This document shows, piece by piece, positions 59,648 to 64,000 of a stretch of 64,000 nt of DNA (the first letter of the stretch is position 1; each line of letters opens with the position of its first letter). The stretch spans positions 256,001 through 320,000 of the forward strand of contig CAVUZH010000022.1 in assembly GCA_963745835.1 (NCBI GenBank), in the 5' to 3' direction. A program made the translations under genes and the position numbers. This stretch comes from an uncultured delta proteobacterium (lineage in GTDB: Bacteria; Desulfobacterota; Binatia; UBA9968). Below the pieces are notes generated by a model that ran no database searches, had not been told where the DNA came from, and saw nothing but the letters and a program-made list of their open reading frames with translations.

Positions 59648-60847
59648 ATGAGTTTAGACTTGATGAAGGAAAAAGGAGTGGGCTTGGAGGAACAAAAATT
59701 CAACTGGCGCGATATCGCCGGGGTGCCGACCAGCAAACTAGACAGCGATGCTTTTACTCGGGTGCGGATTATCCTGATGAACGGCATCGAATCCGAGGCG
59801 CTGCGGTTTCAACACGCCTGCGCCCGCATGAATAAAGAATTGCAGCTTGCCTTGGCGCGGGTGCGGCGCATCGAACAACATCAACAAACCATGGTCAATT
59901 GGCTGTTGCCGGCCGATCTTTCGCCGCTGGAAACAACCATCGGTTTTGAGCAGGTCGCTATTGAAGTGACCGCGAGCGTAGCGGAACACGAACCCGATCC
60001 GTACCTGGCCCAGGTTTACCGCTTCGGGCTGCTCGAAGATTTCGATCATATGTATCGCTTCTCAGCCTTGATGGACCGAGTTACGGGTTGTGATGCCAAT
60101 AATATTCTCCAGAGTTATTCCGACATCTTGCCTGGGCGCCCCACCGCGGTGGAACACCGCGCGCCGGAAGACGATTTACGCGAACCTTACGACCGCACGA
60201 AGGCGGCGCCGATCAGCAAGCTTAACGCGGCGACGATTATGGCCGGCGAACATCAAACGCATGACTATTACATGACCATCGGGCCTATGTTTGCCGACCC
60301 CATAGCCCGGCAACTCTATGCCGAAATCGCTTCTATTGAAGAACAACATGTCACTCAGTACGAATCGATCATCGACCCGGAGGAGACTTGGCTCGAGAAG
60401 TGGCTGATGCACGAAGCCAGCGAAATCTATAATTACTACAGCTGCCTGCAGTATGAGAGCCATCCCAAGGTGAAGGCAATCTGGCAACGCTTCCTCGACT
60501 ACGAGCTAGGTCACTTCCATTATGTGCTCGATTTATTCAAAAAATTCGAAAAGCGTGACCCAGCCGAGATTATCCCGCAATCACTGCCCGAGCCGATCGA
60601 ATACCGAAGCCATCGCGAATTCGTGCGCAAGACGCTGAGCGAGGAAGTCGATTTACGCGCGCGCAAGACCCAGTTTATCGACAAAGATGACGAAGGCGCC
60701 GACTCGCCGTCGGTGGTTTACCGCGAACAAATGAATTCAAAAGGCTCGCCGTCCGAAACCGTTGCCGCCGGCTACCAGTGGAAGCCAGGCACCGAGTTGG
60801 CGGAAGAAACTCCCGATATCAAAAAGTTGCAAACCAAAGTCGCGTAA
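59648..60847 (+). CDS. Ferritin-like superfamily protein (probably two four-helix domains)
   Basis: Recurrent carboxylate/His motifs: NGIE, IEQHQ, FEQVA, EDFDH, GEHQTH, EEQH and ELGH. Confidence 0.65.
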   Translation: MSLDLMKEKGVGLEEQKFNWRDIAGVPTSKLDSDAFTRVRIILMNGIESEALRFQHACARMNKELQLALARVRRIEQHQQTMVNWLLPADLSPLETTIGFEQVAIEVTASVAEHEPDPYLAQVYRFGLLEDFDHMYRFSALMDRVTGCDANNILQSYSDILPGRPTAVEHRAPEDDLREPYDRTKAAPISKLNAATIMAGEHQTHDYYMTIGPMFADPIARQLYAEIASIEEQHVTQYESIIDPEETWLEKWLMHEASEIYNYYSCLQYESHPKVKAIWQRFLDYELGHFHYVLDLFKKFEKRDPAEIIPQSLPEPIEYRSHREFVRKTLSEEVDLRARKTQFIDKDDEGADSPSVVYREQMNSKGSPSETVAAGYQWKPGTELAEETPDIKKLQTKVA

Positions 60848-60866
60848 ATAAACCAGGAGACCATCT

Positions 60867-61745
60867 ATGGAAACACATGAAATGGACGTTCTGTCAGATT
60901 CGAAACACGAAATTCTCGGTAATCGCACCGGAATTATGACCAATCCAGAACTCAGCATAGAAATGATCGAGGGAGCAAAACAGACGAGTCCAAGCTCACA
61001 AGGTGATGCCACAGAGCTGGCATCGGTTAAGGCCGAATATATAGAGGAGGCGGTGCCGATCGGCTCAGCACCGGTTATGGTGGAAGTTTCTGAAAATGGT
61101 GAGAGTGTCGGACAATTCGATGGACTAGCCGTTTTACTCGACAAGTTAGGCGAACGACTGGCGTTTGAAAGGCAAGGCACTCGCCTCTATGAGGCGTTCC
61201 TACAGAAATGCGAGTCGCTTAAGCTGGATACCGCGTCGGGGCCTTCTGCCGAAGAACTGCGCCACATCTGCGCCGAAGAACTGGAGCATTTTCACCTGCT
61301 GCAAAATGCCATCACCGCTTTGGGCGGGGATGCCACGGTACAGACGCCGTCGGCGGATGTCGCCGGGGTATTGAGTCATGGCGTCATGCAGGTGGTCAGT
61401 GATCCCCGGACCACAATTCCGCAGACCTTGCAGGCGATGCTCACGGCAGAGCTAGTCGATAACGATGGGTGGCAAATGCTTCAAGATCTTGCCGCAGAGC
61501 TGGGGCAGGACGATCTCGAAGAACAGTGCCGCAGAGCGTACGAGGAGGAACAAGAGCATCTGGAGAAAGTTCGCGATTGGCTGACAGGCATGACGATGGA
61601 CGAAGTTTCAGGATCGACCGAAGTGCTCGATGCTTCAGAAGAGGAAGAAGATACCCAACAGAAGCGATCAGCCAAAGCGTCGACACGGTCGCGCAAGACC
61701 AAGAGCTCCAGTTCATCTAAAAGCAAGAAGAAGAAAAAAAGATAG
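60867..61745 (+). CDS. Ferritin-like domain protein with acidic then basic tail
   Basis: ERLAFERQG, EELEH, AELVDNDGW and EEQEH. Confidence 0.8.
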   Translation: METHEMDVLSDSKHEILGNRTGIMTNPELSIEMIEGAKQTSPSSQGDATELASVKAEYIEEAVPIGSAPVMVEVSENGESVGQFDGLAVLLDKLGERLAFERQGTRLYEAFLQKCESLKLDTASGPSAEELRHICAEELEHFHLLQNAITALGGDATVQTPSADVAGVLSHGVMQVVSDPRTTIPQTLQAMLTAELVDNDGWQMLQDLAAELGQDDLEEQCRRAYEEEQEHLEKVRDWLTGMTMDEVSGSTEVLDASEEEEDTQQKRSAKASTRSRKTKSSSSSKSKKKKKR

Positions 61746-61766
61746 CTCTAGCTCAGAGCGCGGCTA

Positions 61767-62403
61767 TCATAGAGTTGTTGCAACGGACGGTTGCACTGCT
61801 TCCGAGCCGACCTGTGTGCGTAAGCAGCGCTCGGAAGCAGCCGCAACCGTGATATAATTCAACTCCCGCTGTTCTTTCACGCAGCGAAGCAAAAGCGCGC
61901 CGCGGCTCATATCACCCAGACCGACAAACTCGGCCGGAACCCTCAGTTGATGGCCGAGCGCTTGATTGAGTATGTCCAGGTACTTTCCGGTGGCGATGCT
62001 GCCCAGCAGAACCACTTCACAATCGCGGCCGATTTCACGGGCCAGTTGCTTGACGTCTCGCAGGAGAGCGCTTCGGTAGCGACGACTCTTTACACTAATC
62101 GGAACGCGGCTAAAACCACGCAATGTCGACATCCGCACCAACGCGCCGTCGGGCATCAAACCCGCGGTCGGAGTAATCAATCAGAACTCCCGAAGATGGC
62201 ACCGGCGGGTGAGCAAAGGCCCGCGCATAGGCAAGCTTGCCGCGAAAATAAAGCGCGCTAAGAAAACTGAAGACTTCGGCGAGAGACGCTCCTTCGGGAT
62301 TGCGCAAGCGCTGGGCGAGCTCGGAACGGGCCTCAGGACGGAGAATCCAGCCGGCCCGCACTCCATTACAATTGGCAGGCGAAAGTAGAAAAATCCGATT
62401 CAC
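61767..62403 (-). CDS. Conserved hypothetical protein, YaaA-like N-terminus (one frameshift near 62180)
   Basis: IFLLSPAN...FLSALYFRGKL...GVLI/ITPTAGL...VVLLGSIATGKY...GDMSRGALLL; GTG overlaps the polX stop. Confidence 0.6.
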
Positions 62404-64000
62404 GGCCGGACCGCATCCATAAACTCGTCAACCGGCAAGGTATTCAAAATATCATCACGCGACAACCAGCCCCGGCGGGCCATCGCCACGCCGTACGGTA
62501 GGTTCTCTAGATTTTTAAGCGAATGCGCATCTGTGGATACGACGAATCTGATTCCACGCTGCCGCGCGGCACGAATCCAGCGCGGCTCGAGATCCAGTCG
62601 GCGCGGGTCGCCGTTAACTTCTATCGCCGCGCGGGAAGCAGCAACCGCATCCAGCACTTCATCCATATGACATTCAAACGGCGGGCGCGACTCAATCAAC
62701 CGGCCGAGCGGGTGTCCCCAGATTTTAAATAGCGGCAGTTTCAGCGCGCGCAACAAACGAGTGGTCATCTGATCGGCGTTCATCTTGTGCCGTGTGTGGA
62801 TGCTGGCGATGATGATATGAAACTTTTCCAGAATGTAGTCCGGATAATCGAGCAAACCATCTTCGAGAATGTCCGATTCGGTTCCTTTTAACAACTTGAT
62901 CCGAACCCGCTCTTGAACTCGATCGATTTCCTCCCACTGCGCCCGCAAGCGATCGATCTTGACTCCGCCCGCGTAGGACGCGGTCGGCGAATGATCCGTG
63001 AAAGTGATGTACCGCATGCCCAGGGCTTCGGCGGCTCGGGCCATTTCTTCAACCGTGTTTTGCCCATCGGAATAGGTCGTGTGGCAGTGAACCATGCCTT
63101 GAATGTCCTCAGCGACAACCGCCTTCGGCAAGCTGCCGGTGGCAACAGCCTCGATCTCGCCTAGATTCTCGCGCAGCTCCGGCGCTATGTATTCGAGTCC
63201 TAATCGCCGGTAAATATCGCCTTCGGTTTCAACCTTCAACGCTTTACCCTTGGGACCGCGCAAACCCTCCGCGCTCAGCATAAGCCCTTGCGACCGCGCG
63301 CGATCTACCAGAGCCGCGTAATGATCTTTTGAGCCGGTCCAATAATGCAGAGCAGCGGCGTACTGCGCCGGCGCCACGATGTGGAGCTCGATCTCCAAAC
63401 CTCTGGCGAGACGCCCAATGCAGCGCCCGGCGCCGGTTTCATCGGATTGCGCAAATAACGGATAGCGCAGGAAACGTTCGATTGTGGTTTTCGGATCTGC
63501 GCTAGCGGCAACTATACAGATCCGCCGCACTGTTTCTTTGCAGCGTCGCAGCGAGCCGGCAATCTCACAATGAGCAATTTCCGAAGAGGCTCGTAAATAT
63601 TGAAGCAGCGGCTCGGCGTCTGCCAACGCATGCGAAATTAGAGTGCGGTCCTCCCGATGCTGCAACTTCTCGATGCCCGCGAGAATGTTCGCTTCAGCCT
63701 TTTGGCCAAAGCCTTTGACAGCCCGCACCAGCCCCTTCTCGCAAGCGGTTTTCAGATCATCAACGCTCTTGATAGCCAAACTTTCGTGCAGCGCGACGAT
63801 CTTCTTGAGAGTTAACCCGGGAACTTGGTTGAGGTCGACGGCACCAGTAGGCAGCTGCTCGCTTAACTGCTGCAACAGAGCGCTCTCACCGGTGTGGTAG
63901 ATTTCTTCGATGACGGCTGCCAAAGCCTTGCCGATTCCATCGATCTCGGTTAAGCGTCCCTCTTTGACCCGCGCATCGAAGTCGCCCGCCGCGTTTTCCA
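62400..64000 (-). CDS. polX: DNA polymerase X / PHP-domain protein, non-canonical active site; 5' end outside window
   Basis: HhH motifs (IDGIG, VPGL, VKGFG), GSLRR, TGSKDH and PELRE; PHP motifs HCHT, TDHS, GHP and STDAH. The frame is open to the window edge. Confidence 0.9.
   Translation of the reverse strand, partial: ENAAGDFDARVKEGRLTEIDGIGKALAAVIEEIYHTGESALLQQLSEQLPTGAVDLNQVPGLTLKKIVALHESLAIKSVDDLKTACEKGLVRAVKGFGQKAEANILAGIEKLQHREDRTLISHALADAEPLLQYLRASSEIAHCEIAGSLRRCKETVRRICIVAASADPKTTIERFLRYPLFAQSDETGAGRCIGRLARGLEIELHIVAPAQYAAALHYWTGSKDHYAALVDRARSQGLMLSAEGLRGPKGKALKVETEGDIYRRLGLEYIAPELRENLGEIEAVATGSLPKAVVAEDIQGMVHCHTTYSDGQNTVEEMARAAEALGMRYITFTDHSPTASYAGGVKIDRLRAQWEEIDRVQERVRIKLLKGTESDILEDGLLDYPDYILEKFHIIIASIHTRHKMNADQMTTRLLRALKLPLFKIWGHPLGRLIESRPPFECHMDEVLDAVAASRAAIEVNGDPRRLDLEPRWIRAARQRGIRFVVSTDAHSLKNLENLPYGVAMARRGWLSRDDILNTLPVDEFMDAVRP

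Overview
This 64-kb window appears to be bacterial chromosome of roughly mid-50s GC by eye. Its gene content (multi-GAF kinases, orphan TctC/NMT1-type binding proteins, amidohydrolases, cupins) suggests a soil Candidatus Binatia/deltaproteobacterium-like organism; this is inference. Housekeeping and metabolic genes (argJ, ptrB, GH63 glucosidase, corA, gloB, msrB, yajQ, otsAB, polX) are intact. They surround a degraded accessory block at about 19.9-35.8 kb. That block holds four REP-associated tyrosine transposase (RAYT) relics, an IS256 with an 8-bp TSD, four toxin-antitoxin or toxin-immunity pairs (one followed by a solitary attC), a GmrSD fragment and a phage lysis relic. Main points of interest: (i) three CADD/PqqC-like heme-oxygenase-like diiron (HDO) genes in two SBP-linked loci, one being an SBP-(small ORF)-HDO-HDO-cupin operon with an in-frame TGA; (ii) a four-copy ~218-bp rod-like hairpin element with compensatory substitutions, plus a second three-copy MITE family, both often sitting at stop codons; (iii) periodic GTTC(C/A)A repeats that also lie inside the RAYT gene; (iv) a PolX lacking its catalytic aspartates, coupled to a YaaA-like gene; (v) a sigma54-preceded tandem ferritin-like pair. 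No rRNA, intact tRNA or CRISPR array was seen. Many frameshifts may be assembly errors. All calls come from reading the sequence and motif recognition; no database search was run.
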